Shown here: positions 51,301 through 63,890 of the stretch, one piece after another
How positions within the stretch are numbered: the first letter of the stretch is position 1
How the letters are laid out: each line of letters starts with the position of its first letter
DNA from: Phaeosaccion multiseriatum
Taxonomy: Eukaryota; Protista; Ochrophyta, other classes
Length of the DNA: 64,000 nucleotides
Assembly (NCBI GenBank): GCA_965112735.1
Contig: OZ218960.1
Location: forward strand, 1,054,001-1,118,000
Direction of reading: 5' to 3'
Notes under the pieces: model-generated
What the model was told of the DNA's origin: nothing
Database searches by the model: none
What the model saw: the letters and a program-made list of their open reading frames with translations, nothing else
Position numbers and translations under genes: made by a program

Positions 51301-52352
51301 TATCACTGTGGACGCACGGGAGGGTTCGTCCCGAGCCCAGGGCGGGCCTTGTCATCGGTGAGGGAGGGGAGAGAGAGAGGGGGAGAGAGAGAGAGAGAGA
51401 GAGAGAGAGGGACGGGGAGGAGAGAGAGAGAGAGAGGGGGGGCGAGAGGGAGGGAGGGAGGGAGGGAGACAGGGAGAGACAGAGAGAGGGGTGGGGGGGG
51501 GGGGGGGGAGAGTGAGAGAGCAGTGAGGGAGAGGTAGAGGGAGAGAAAGTCCACCCCCGACCCCAGCCTCGCTCTCTCCCTTTCCCCTTCCTTTCTCGCG
51601 CCTTCTCTACCCTCCTCTCACCCCCCTCCTCCCTCCTCCCTCCTCTCTCCTCCCTCCTCCCTCCTCCCTCCCCTTCCCCTCCCTTGCCCACACAGGCGAG
51701 GACTACCGTGTCGTCAACTTCAACGTGTGGCGCTACTGGATGGCAGTCTATGGAGGGGGCCCCTCCATCGGCCGTTCTCGCAAGGACATTTATTCTCGTG
51801 CTGCCCTTGCCGCCCCCTTCGCGGTGCTCAAGCTTCAAGCGGCTGTTAGAGGACGCTTCGCCAGGAAAGAGTTCATGTAAGTGGAGAGGGGATGGGTAGA
51901 GGTATATGGGGGAGGGGATAGGTAGAGGCATATGGGGGACGGGATGGGTAGAGGCATATGGGGGACGGGATGGGTAGAGGCATATGGGGGCGGGGATAGG
52001 TAGGGGCATATGGGGGAGGGGATGGGTAGAGGCATATAGGGGAGGGATGGGTAGAGGCATATGGGGGAGGATAGAGGATGACTGAGTGAGACTAACCACT
52101 TTGTAACCTGCTACTTGCCATCTTCCTTGTCTTCTGACTTCCCCTTCCCATATGCCTCTACCTCCCCCCTCCCCTATATGCCTCTACCCATCCCCTCCCC
52201 CTAATGCCGGTACCTGTCCCCTCCCCCATATGCCTCTACCTATCCCCCCACCCGCACCCCCTAGGCGTCTCTACATGGACCGGCTATCCCTGGAGGCGGC
52301 GGGAACGAAGGCGGTGTTGTACGAGAGAGCAGTCAGAAAAATCGACAAGCAG

Positions 52353-52387
<35 letters not shown>

Positions 52388-52464
52388 AGTCAGTCAGTCA
52401 GTCAGTCAGTCAGTCAGTCAGTCAGTCAGTCAGTGAGTCAGTCAGTCAGTCAGTCAGTCAGTCA

Positions 52465-52515
<51 letters not shown>

Positions 52516-52560
52516 AGTCAGTCAGTCAGTCAGTCAGTCAGTCAGTCAGTCAGTCAGTCA

Positions 52561-52611
<51 letters not shown>

Positions 52612-52705
52612 AGTCAGTCAGTCAGTCAGTCAGTCAGTCAGTCAGTCAGTCAGTCAGTCAGTCAGTCAGTCAGTCAGTCAGTCAGTCAGTCAGTCAGTCA
52701 GTCAT

Positions 52706-52747
<42 letters not shown>

Positions 52748-52805
52748 AATCGGTCAGTCAGTCAGTCAGTCAGTCGGTGAGTTAGTCAGTCGGTCAGTCA
52801 GTCAT

Positions 52806-52841
<36 letters not shown>

Positions 52842-55800
52842 CCAGCCAGTCAGCCAGTCAGTCAGTCAGTCAGTCAGTCAGTCAGTCAGTCAGTCAGTCA
52901 GTCAGTCAGTCAGTCAGTCAGTGAGTGAGTCAGTCGGTCAGTCAGTCAGTCAGTCAATCAGCCAGTCAGTCAGTCAGTCAGTCAGTCAGTCAGTGAGTGA
53001 GTCAGTCGGTCAGTCAGTCAGTCAGTCAATCAGCCAGTCTGTCAGTCTGTCAGTCAGTCAGTCAGTCAGCCAGCCAGTCAGCCAGTCAGTCAGTCAGTCA
53101 GTCAGTCAGTCAGTCAGTCAGTCAGTCAGTCAGTCAGACAGTCAGTCAGTCAGTCAGTCAGTCAGTCAGTCAGTCAGTCAGTCAGTCAGTCAGTCAGTCA
53201 GTCAGTCAGTCAGTCAGTCAGTCAGTCAGTCAGTCAGTCAGTCAGTCAGTCAGTCAGTCAGTCAGTCAGTCAGTCAGTCAGGTAGTCAGTCAGTCAGCCA
53301 GTCAGCCAGTCAGTCAGTCAGTCAGTCAGTCAAAGTCAGTGAGTCAATTAGTCATACAGTCAACCACCTCCTTCCTCCCTGCCTTCCTTCCTTCCTTCCT
53401 TCCTTCCTTCCTTCCTTCCTCCCTTCCTTCCTTCCTCCCTGCCTTCCTTCCTTCCTTCCTTCCTTCCTCCCTGCCTTCCTTCCTTCCTTCCTTCCTCCCT
53501 TCCTTCCTCCCTGCCTTCCTTCCTTCCCTCCTTTCTTCGTGACTCACTGACTGATGCCTCCATCACACAGGCGGAGAAGGCCATCGAGAGGGCGCAGGGC
53601 AGCAGAAGGAAGGCCAGGGTCAAGGACGCCGCTCTTTTCACGCAGGTGAGGGAGGGGTGGCAGTGGATGGAGAGGGAGGGACGGCAGTGGGTGGCATGGG
53701 AGGAAGGAGGGACGGTGTGTGGGGAGAAGATACACAGTGGATGGGAAGGGGCTCTATGGTCCTTCCATTGGGTCATTCCATTGGGTCATTGATTGGGTCG
53801 TTGGATTGGTTGTCAGAGCAGCAGAGTGGACCGACGATGATATAGACGGGTGTCTCAGATGTTGTGTCTCCCTCCCTCCCTCCCTCCCTCCCTCCTCCCT
53901 CCCTCCCTCCCTCCCTCCTCCCTCCCTCCCTCCCTCCCTCCCTCCCTCCCTCCCTCCCTCCCTCCCTCCCTCCCTCCTCGGCTGCTCCAGCGCACGTGGA
54001 GAGAGAAGAAGGCGTACACCTTTCAGGCTGGGAAGCTCCACGCGCAACAGCATGTGCAGGTATGTATCTCACGTGCACATGCATGCCACTTACGTATGAC
54101 ATACGTATGACTTATGTATCACTTACGTATGACTTACGTATGACTTGCGTATGACTTACGTATGGCTAGCATCTCCTCTCGCCTCTCCTCCCCTCCCCCT
54201 CTCCCCCCCCCCCCCATCCACTACCACCCACCCACCTCCCTTTTCCCTCCCCTCCCCTCCCCTCCCCTCCCCGCGCTCTGACTCTATCCTGACTGTATCC
54301 TGACTGTATCCTGACTGTATCTTGACTGTATCCTGACTGTATCCTGACTGTATCCTGACTGTATCCTGACTGTATCCTGACTGTATCTTGACTGTATCCT
54401 GACTGTATCCTGACTGTATCCTGACTGTATCCTGACTGTATCCTGACTGTATCCTGACTGTATCCTGACTGTATCCTGACTGTATCTTGACTGTATCCTG
54501 ACTGTATCCTGACTGTATCCTGACTGTATCCTGACTGTATCCTGACTGTAGGCGATCTTCGAGAGGGCCGGCAACACCATCCGAGAGCCCGAAGTCAACG
54601 TTCCCCTTGTGGTGCAAGAGGCAGTGGACATCGTGAAGATGGGGAATGTTGAGGAGTACGAGGTTGTCTTCGGAGAGGAGGAGGGCCTGCGCATAGGACT
54701 GAGGGCACAAGGGGGAGGGGGGGGTAAGAGGGGTGGGGGAGGAGGAGGAGGAGGAGGAGGAGAAGAGGGGGGAGGAAGGGGGGGGGGTACGGGATCCCCG
54801 CGAAGGAGGAGGAAGACAGAGGACAAGAGAGCGAAGGAGGAGCAGCAGAAGGTGAGGGGCAGGAGAGAGAGGGAGGGGAGAAGCAAGAGGAAGCGGGGGC
54901 AGCGGGCTGCTCCGCTATACTCTTGGCTGGTCTGCTCTACCCGTATGCCTCTGCTATACTCTGGGCTGGTCTGCTCTACCCGTATGCCTCTGCTATACTC
55001 TGGGCTGGTCTGCTCTACCCGTATACCTCTGCTATACTCTTGGCTGGTCTGCTCTACCCGTATACCTCTGCTATACTCTTGGCTGGTCTGCTCTACCCGT
55101 ATACCTCTGCTATACTCTTGGTTGGTCTGCTCTACCCGTGTCCCTCTGCTACACTATGGGCTGGTCTGCTCTACCCGTATGCCTCTGCTATACTCTGGGC
55201 TGGTCTGCTCTACCCGTATACCTCTGCTATACTCTGGGCTGGTCTGCTCTACCCGTATACCTCTGCTATACTCTGGGCTGGTCTGCTCTACCCGTGTCCC
55301 TCTGCTATACTCTTGGCTGGTCTGCTCTACCCGTATGCCTCTGCTATACTCTTGGTTGGTCTGCTCTACCCGTGTCCCTCTGCTACACTCTTGGCTGGTC
55401 TGCTCTACCCGTGTCCCTCTGCTATACTCTTGGTTGGTCTGCTCTACCCGTATACCTCTGCTCTGCCCATATACCTCTCCTATCCTATCCTCTCCTCTCT
55501 TTTGCTCCTCCCTGCCCTGTCCTTCCCTGCCCTGCTGTCGTATTGAACAGCACACACCCTTCCTCCCCCCCCCCTCCCCCCCCCCTCCTTTCTCCTCCTC
55601 CTCCCCTCTTCCCTCCGCTCTCCTCTTTAGAACCTTGACGAGCAAACGGTGGTGTGGGAGGTCCCCGAGGGGGATGACGTGCCCGAGGGGGGCGACGTGC
55701 CCGAGGGGGGCAAAGTCACCAGTGCCAGCAGGGTCACAAAGGGTTCTATACTTCTCGCCATCAACAGTTACCCCGTCAGTGTCCTCAACCATCAACAGGT

Positions 55801-56522
55801 CAGGCAGGAATATGGGCGGGTAGGGCTGGCATATAGCTAGGCATATAGGCAGACATAAAGGCAGGCACGTGTATAGGCAGGCATCACCCCCCCCCCGTTC
55901 TGAGGGACTCGATTGAAATCTTCCCCTCTTCCCCTCTGCCTCTGTCTTACCTCCGTCTTGCCTCAAAGCTGCCTGCCCACATGCCTGCCTCTATCCTGCG
56001 TACCTCTACCTACCCTCTCATATGCCTACCCATACTCCTGCCCATATGCCTGCCTCTTATCTCCCCATATGCCTTCCAATACGCCTGCCCACACGCCTGC
56101 CCATACGCCTGCCCATACCTCTGCCTTCATACACTTGCCTTATGCTTGCACATGTCCAGGTAATGACGCGCATCGCTCAGGCGTCGTGGCCGCTGCAGCT
56201 TCGCTTCCGGAGGCCCCTGGGACGCACAGAGGTATGTTATTTCTGGTCGAGAAAAAATGGCACCAGAGGCAAACGTATACTCAAACTCAAGTTCAAACTC
56301 TCGCTTCTGTCCTCCTTCCCTTGCAATCAGGTCTTCACCCTCCAGTCCTCCCCTCTCTCTCTTCGCTTTTCCCACTGACTTCATTGTTCCGGGCCTTCAC
56401 TTGTGTCCTCCTCCCCTCTTTCATCGCCCATTGTCGTCGGATCTTCTCACCCCCTTTTCTGAGTGACAGAGCTGAGGTCTATAACTGTAGCAGTGGAATT
56501 GGTCCACTCCTTACCACCCTCG

Positions 56523-56554
<32 letters not shown>

Positions 56555-57198
56555 CCCTCTCTCTCTTCTCTCTCTCTCCCTCTCTCCGTCTCTCTCTCCC
56601 TCTCTTCCTCTCTCTCTCTCTCGTTTCTCTCTCTCTCTCTCTCTCTCTGTGACTTTCTTTTCATGCCGTCTCTTCTGTCCTCCTCCGTCACTCATCGCCC
56701 CTTGTCATCAGGTTTTCACGCTGGCCCAAATCGTGAGAATGAAACGGGAGGCACAGCTCAGTGACGAAGTGGTCATGGAGCATATGAAGCGCAAACTCAT
56801 GCGTGGACAGACACTGCTCATGTTCTCCTCTCACAGCGGCAGGTTAGGCGAGAAAGCAGGCCACCCACATACATACCCACCCACACACACATGCACGCAC
56901 ACACAGAGAGAGAGAGAGTGTGACGCAAATGCTGACAGAGTCACGTACGCGCGCGCCATCACGTACACATGTACACTCAGTCACGCACGCACACACATGC
57001 AACATGGAACACACACACGCACACACGCACGTACTAAAATACACACATAAACACATACACATGCACACACGCACACACACCACGCGCTCACACACACACA
57101 GTCATTCACGCACAAACACATACACACGCACACACACACACGCGCGCACGCACGCGCACACACGCACTCACAGCACGCGTGCACACACACACACACAC

Positions 57199-57251
<53 letters not shown>

Positions 57252-58572
57252 CACACACAGTCACGTTCGCACCCCATCCCCCCCCCCTCTCTCTCCCACT
57301 CCCCCATTCCTCCCCCCCCTTAGTTGGATAGATTGACACTCTGGTCCTCCTCTCTCCCCCTGTCCTCTCCCCCTCCCCCATCTCTGTTCGATGTCTTCCC
57401 CCCGCCCCTCTCTCTCATAGGTTTACCCGCTCCAAGCCACACCTCACACGTCTTTCGATAGACTCAAGGCAGCTCTTCTACGAAGGTGCAGAGGGGGGGG
57501 GATGGCGGTGGGTGGGTGGGGAGGAGAGCTCTTGTGTCAAGGTACCACACCATCCGCTGCCATCCCCTCCCCTCCCATCCACTGCCATCCCCCTCATATC
57601 TACTGCCCCCTCCTTATTCTCGTTATCCCTCCCTCTACTCTCCATCCACTGCCACCATCATCCCCTTCCCATCCACTGCCATCCACTGTCATCCACTGCC
57701 ATCCCATCGCTATCAGGGCGACAGCGGAACAAAGACCGCGACGCTGCTCGCAAGTGCGTAAGCCTGTATGCTCTAAAACACGTTACAGTTGGCAAAACCA
57801 CACAGGTACGACGACGCGGCGAACCAACGGCCCAATCATGTTCCCAAGGGGCGGGAGAATGAGCCTAGAAGACAAAGGCGGGGAGGGGAGGACGGGTGGA
57901 GAGAGTGGTGGAGAGGGAAAGGAAGAGGGGATGGCAGTGGAGGTCAATCTCCGCTAGCCGCGATGCCGATGCTGGTTGCTTGTGCTCTGCTATTGTGTCG
58001 CCGTGCGGCCGTCTCAACTTTCCTCCTCCTCCTCCTCCTCCTCCTCCTCCTCCTCCTCCTCCTCCTCCTCCTCCTCCTCCTCCTCCTCCTCCTCCTCCTC
58101 CTCCTCCTCCTCCTCCTCCTCCTCCTCCTCCTCCTCCTCCTCCTCCTCCTCCTCCTCCTCCTCCTCCTCCTCCTCCTCCTCCTCCTCCTCCTCCTCCTCC
58201 TCCTCCTCACCGCCCCAGACCCTCAAGAGGAGTCCCAAGAGCATCCTCCCCGAGCACTGCTTCTCCATCGCCTGCGAAGATCGCGAGCTTAGCTTCGCAG
58301 TGCCTCCTGTACTACTCCCCTCCTCCTCCTCCTCCTCCTCCTCCTCCTCCTCCTCCTCTTCTCCCCGCCTCTCCCCCCCCCCATCTCCCACCTCCTCCTC
58401 TTCCTCCACTGATGATGGACTGGGTGCCGAGCGGAGAGACCTTCTCGTGTTCACCCTCCGCGAGGTCATCAAGGAGATGCTTGCAACGAAGGACTATGTC
58501 GACGAAGATGGACTGGTCAAGAGGAGAGTCTTTGCTAAGCGCATACTCACCACTGTTGTCAGGACAGCGTAG
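48315..58572 (+). CDS. Multidomain scaffold: degenerate J-like, PX, DUSP, IQ, PDZ and PH domains, ~850 aa, 18 exons
   Basis: Exons 48315-48523, 48744-48912, 49268-49365, 49856-49950, 50417-50514, 50726-50935, 51135-51357, 51696-51876, 52265-52352, 53571-53645, 53991-54059, 54552-~54704, 55631-55798, 56160-56231, 56712-56842, 57421-57485, 57717-57805, 58219-58572. PX: VRRCYSHFVALHELL..LPDFP..LMEFL. DUSP: WLIRWRQF..PPGRINN..DYRVVNFNVW..YGGGPSIGR. IQ: LQAAVRGRFARK. PDZ: GSILLAINSYPV..WPLQLRFRR. PH: VTVGKTT..CFSI..RELSF. Confidence 0.8.
50536..50610. repeat. Tandem 15-mer TGCTGTATCACCAAC (4 perfect copies plus 1 variant)
   Basis: Tandem form of the dispersed motif described in the findings. Confidence 0.95.
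52353..53345 (+). repeat. (GTCA)n array of ~1 kb beginning at a splice donor
   Basis: cag/gtcagtcagt... directly after the exon ending at 52352. Confidence 0.97.
54278..54551 (+). repeat. 11-bp repeat CTGACTGTATC, about 24 copies, ending in the splice acceptor
   Basis: The last unit is ctgactgtag, immediately before the exon starting at 54552. Confidence 0.95.
54907..55465. repeat. 39-bp intronic minisatellite, about 14 copies
   Basis: Unit ctgctatactct(g/t)ggctggtctgctctacccgtat(g/a)cct. Confidence 0.95.
58020..58208. repeat. Perfect (CCT)n tract preceding a splice acceptor
   Basis: About 63 copies; similar tracts precede acceptors at 31346 and 42613. Confidence 0.95.
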
Positions 58573-59410
58573 GGTAGGGTAGGGTAGGGTAGGGTAGGGT
58601 AGGTAGGGTAGGTTAGGGTAGGGTAGGATACGGTACGGTAGAGTAGGGTAGGGTAGGATAGGGTAGGGTATGGGGTAGTGTCTTTTTCCAAGCGCATGCT
58701 CACCACTGTTGTCGGGCGGCGTAGGATAGGGTAGGGTACGGTAGCGTAGGGCATATGGTATAGGGTATAGGGTACGGTGGGGTATACTCGCCGCCGTTGT
58801 CAAGACCGCATAGGGTATAGGGTATGATGGGGTATACTCACCGCCGTGTCATGATCGCATAGGGTAAGAGTAATACTACGAAGTAGGCTGTGAAAATCGC
58901 TGCATTCAATGTCATATGATTACTGTGTTACGTTCAAAGGATGGTGTATGAGAGGACACCCACCTCCGAGACACCTAAAAGGCGATTGGCGTAGTGCAGT
59001 GCCACTACTGTTACCAAAGACATACTACCTGAGACGCGTAGCCAAAACGGCTTTGCTCTCAACTCGGCGATAGAGACACTTTAGGGGGGAGGGGGGCGGA
59101 GGGAGGGCCCTCTGGGCTGCAAGACACCCTTATGTAAGACCCACATGGCCCCTACGTCAGGAACAGGAGTTTCAGTTTATTGGGCCTCCACACCCTGCAG
59201 GGCCATAGAACTGAACTTGATAGAGGTTGCAGGAGGCAACGATGCCGGCTTTTCATTCGACTTGTCTCGACGAGGGCAACACGATGCGCATGTTCAAACC
59301 CGCTAACACAGTAGTTTGGGGTGGAATTTAGGGAGGGAGGTTCGTTTGGGTGTCTCTAAAACGGTACGGTGGTGTCTTGGTAGGTGAGTGACTTCTCTTA
59401 GGGAGTGGGG

Positions 59411-59855
59411 CTGTTTGGGCTACGGTGTGGGCTACTTGATCATTGCAAAGTTGGGCTACTGTTTGGGCTACTTGATCACTGCAAAGTTGGGCTACTGTTT
59501 GGGCTACTTGATCATTGCAAAGTTGGGCTACTGTTTGGGCTACTTGATCATTGGAAAGTTGGGCTACTGTTTGGGCTACTTGATCATTGCAAAGTTGGGC
59601 TACGGTGTGGGCTACTTGATCATTGCAAAGTTGGGCTACTGTTTGGGCTACTTGATCATTGCAAAGTTGGGCTACTGTTTGGGCTACTTGATCATTGCAA
59701 AGTTGGGCTACTGTTTGGGCTACTTGATCATTGGAAAGTTGGGCTACTGTTTGGGCTACTTGATCATTGCAAAGTTGGGCTACTGTTTGGGCTACTTGAT
59801 CATTGCGAAGTTGGGGTAGGGGGTGGGGTTGTTTGGGCTACTTGGTCATTGCGAA
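59411..59855. repeat. 36-bp intergenic minisatellite, about 12 copies
   Basis: Unit gttgggctactgtttgggctacttgatcattgcaaa, between convergent genes. Confidence 0.95.
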
Positions 59856-59945
59856 GTCTCACATGTGGCATGTAACCTCACGCACTCATTTTGATGAATG
59901 CAGCATGCCTAGTGCTTTGCCTCCCGTTGTGTTGTGGATGAGGAC

Positions 59946-59988
<43 letters not shown>

Positions 59989-60436
59989 CTGTGTGTGTGT
60001 GCCTGTGTGTGTGTGCCTGTGTGTGTGCCTGTGTGGGTGTGTGTGTGCGTGTGTGTGTGCCTGTGTGTGTGTATGTATGTGTGTGTATGTGCATGTGTAT
60101 GTGTGTGTGTATGTGTGTATGTGCATGTGTATGTGTCTGTCTGCATGTGTGTGTATGTGTGTGTGCGTGTGTGTGTGTCTGTGTGCGTGTGATCATCTGT
60201 CACGCTTGCTTACGTAATATTCCTTAAACAGCAAAGAGTTTCCCCTCTCTATCACTAGTGTGGCCACGGCTACTCGGCCTTTTACTGCTGCTACTGCTGG
60301 TGCTGCTAGCCGCTGCTGGTGGTGCTGCTACTGTTGGTGGTGGTGTTGCTACTGCTGCTGGTGCTGCTGCTAGCTGCTGGTGCTGCTGCTACAGTTGGTG
60401 GTGGTGCTGCGATGATGGCTACTCCTACTCGTCCTT

Positions 60437-60761
60437 CTACTGCTGGTGGCCCACCGTTATCTTCCCTCCCGTCACATTGATACCCCCATACCGCCCTCCT
60501 CCTCCTCCTCCTCCTCCTCCTCCTCCTGTTCCCGGTGGGCCCATCACCGGCACTGCCTGCACAGGAGCTGTGCTCCCTCCTGCCCTCTCCTGTCCCCTCC
60601 TCCCCTCCAAGATACCAGCAGTGCGCACATGCATGCTCTTTCCCTCCTTGTCCTGCTGCTGCTGTTGCTGCTGTTGTATCACCAACTGGTCCTTCTGCCC
60701 ACCCCCGCGATTGCCACCGTTCCCAGGACTCGGCCCCCGATGCCCTTCCCCCTGATGCTGA

Positions 60762-60796
<35 letters not shown>

Positions 60797-61709
60797 TTCG
60801 CGCCCAACAGACGTGTGGACTCTACTAGCACCACCCAAGCTCCCCCCCGACGAGGTTTTGTACAAGCGAGAGCCCGCCGGGGCAACCTTGGCTGCGGTGA
60901 TGGGCACAAGGCGTGCATAACGCGACACCTCTCTACTCGCCACCAACCCCCCCCCGTAGCCTCCTCCTCCTCCTCCTCCTCCTCCTCCTCCTCCTCCCAT
61001 ATCATCATACCACTCGGCCTCTGTATTCTCCCCCTGCCCTCCGGCATTGCCCCGTCGACGCAGCTTGGTCGGAGAAAGCGACTGATGAAAGAGCTTTCCA
61101 CGCATGGCCTGAGCAGTCTGCATCCTTCTGTTGGTGCTACCCGCCGTCCCTCCTCCTCCTCCTCCTCCTCCTCCTCCTCCTCCTCCTCCTCCTCCTCCTC
61201 CTGCTGGTCCTCCGGGTCTCTCCGCCGCCGCCGCTGCCTCCGCCGCCGCTGCTTTGGCCGCGAGGGCATAAGCTTCCTTGGGGCCTCCTCCTCCGTGGCT
61301 ATCAGTCCTTGGTGGAGAAGGAGGGAAGCTCTCTGCTAGATTGTGACGCAAGCCCCCCCCCCCTCCTCCTCCTCCTCCTCCTCCTCCTTCCATGTCTTCA
61401 TCTGCATCGTCATAGTCGCCATCTGCAGCAGGTCCCCCACCGAGAGACATACGTAAGGGGGTCACAACCGCCTGGGTCTGTCCGGTGCCTCTTGTGCTTG
61501 AGATGGGCATCCCTCCGGAGGGCATCGGGCTCAGCATGCGGTCGCCTGCGGAGTACAGTCCATTGCCTGCACATCGAAGAGCAAGCAGTGGGTAGGTGGG
61601 TAGGTGCGTGGGTGCGTGGGTGGGTGGGTGGGTGAGTGGGTGGGTGGTGGTTAGCTGGTTGGTTGGTCGGTCTGTCTATCCGTCCGTCCGTCCGTCTGTC
61701 TGTCTGTCA

Positions 61710-61743
<34 letters not shown>

Positions 61744-63826
61744 GTGTCTGTGTGTCTGTGTGTCTGTGTGTCTGTGTATGTGTTTGTGTGTCTTTCTGAC
61801 TGCCAGTCTGTCTGTCTGTCTGGCTGGCTGGCTCGCCATCTATATATCTGTCTCTCTCCCTGTGCCCATCTGTCGATCTCTCTAGCTGTCTGTCTCTTTC
61901 TCTCTGTCCCTCTGCCTCTCTGTTTCTCTGTGTCTCTCCCTCTGCCTGCCTACCTGCCTACCTGCCTGCCTGCCCATATGCCTGCCCCATGTACGCACCC
62001 ACGCGCCTTCCTACCCATACAGTTTCCCACCCACTCTCTTCCCCTCCTCGCCCTCACTCCCTTCCCCTCACACCCCCCTCCCCCACCCTGCCCACTCACT
62101 CTCCTCCCCCCTCACTCCCTTCCTCTCACACCCTGCCTGCCCTCCCCCTTCCCTTCACTCCCTCCCCCCTCACACACCCCCCACAGCGCTCACCCCCAAT
62201 GGAAGAGGCAGGATTCCAAGTGGTCCCTCCAATCTGTGCGTCGTAGTCTGAGAGAGTGGAGAACCCCTCAGAGGAGGGGAGGGTTGCGGTCAAGCTGTGG
62301 TCCAGACCACCGCCATTGCCACTGCCTCCTCTGGAGAGGGTGGTGGCGGGTGACATCAACCGCCTGGAGGGAGATGCACCACCCGCCATGCCGGTGTTGA
62401 CTGCTTGGTGGTACGGTGTGTGGGTGTGTGGGTGTGTGGGTGTGTGGGTGGCGGTGTGGGGAGCGATGCGGTGGTGGGTGGGTGGGGGTCGGGTAGGGGG
62501 AGAGAAAGGAGAAGAGAGGAGGAGAGGAGGGAGGAGGTGGGGAGGGGAGGGGAGGGGGATGAGGAGGAGGACACAGGAGGACGGCTAACCCATACATCGG
62601 CCCATACAGCCCTACCCACCCACCCACCCACCCACCCACCCACCCTTCCTGCCTCCGTCCTTCGTGACTTACGCACACCCCCATATGCTTCTTTACTGAC
62701 TTACTCACCCCCGACTCCGAAGGGCCTGTTGCAGGAGAGGCACTTGGAGGACAAGAGCATCTTGCCATCGCCGCTGTTCATTGCTTGCATGAGGGTTTGA
62801 ATACGTGTCTGTTCCAGTTGGTAGCGAAGCTTTTGGATCTCCGCCTCTATGAGTTGTCATTTGTGAGAAGGTGGGAAGTAAGCACATGGCCATTCCGGTC
62901 TCTTCCTACCCTGGCCCTCACTCACTCACTCACACACACACACGCACGTGTACGCACTCACTCACTCACACTCACTCACTCACATACTCATACTCATTCA
63001 CTCACGCACTCACACACGCACGCACGTACGCCCTCCTTCACTCACTCACGCACGCACTCACTTATTACTCACTCACTGAATCGCGTCACCTCACTTCACT
63101 TGACTGCACTCACTCACTCACCCCTGGGCTTGCTGGTCTGCACATGCGTGGCCAGCGTGCTGATTCGCTTATGCTGGGCGGTGGCAGCTTGACCCAACCG
63201 GACCTTTTGTCGGAGGATGGCAGTGGATGGGAAGGGAGGAATGGCAGTGGATGGGAAGGGAGGGGTGTAAAGGTGTACCCCTACCGCTGTGTCACCACCT
63301 TGCTGCTTGCTACTGCTGCTGCCTCCCGCATGCCTGTGCCTGCCCCTGCCCATATGCCTGCTCCTCCTTACCTCCATCTCCTCGAGGACGTCGTCGATTT
63401 TCTTGACGCTCGCCTTGCTCGTGAGCTCCCGACGCACCATCTCGAAGGTGGACTGAGGGAGAGAGTGAGATGGAGATGAAGGGTCAACAAAGAGGGAGGG
63501 GAAGAGTGTGTGTGTGTGTGGGTGTGGGTGTGGGTGGGTGGGTGGGTGTGCGTATGTGTGTGTGTATGTGTGTGTTGTGTGTGTGTGTGACAGAGAGAGA
63601 GGAGGGGGGGGGGGGGGGGTGAGTGTGATGGCGTATAAGGGATTTTACTGACTTGAAGGAATCAACCGAACAATAACGTGTGTGGGTATGTGAGTATGAG
63701 GAGGATAAAGAGAAGGGAGAGAGAGAGAGTATGATGAAGAGTCACAGCAGTGGAGAGGCGGACAGGGAGAGTGAAAGAGAGAGAGAGAGTGACGGACAGA
63801 GAGAGAGAAAAGAGAGAGAGAAGAGG

Positions 63827-63890
<64 letters not shown>

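Noticed and set aside
58950-59390. Possible MITE suggested by short GACACC/GGTGTC inverted matches
   Set aside because: Matches are only 7-9 bp, with no clear terminal inverted repeat or target-site duplication.
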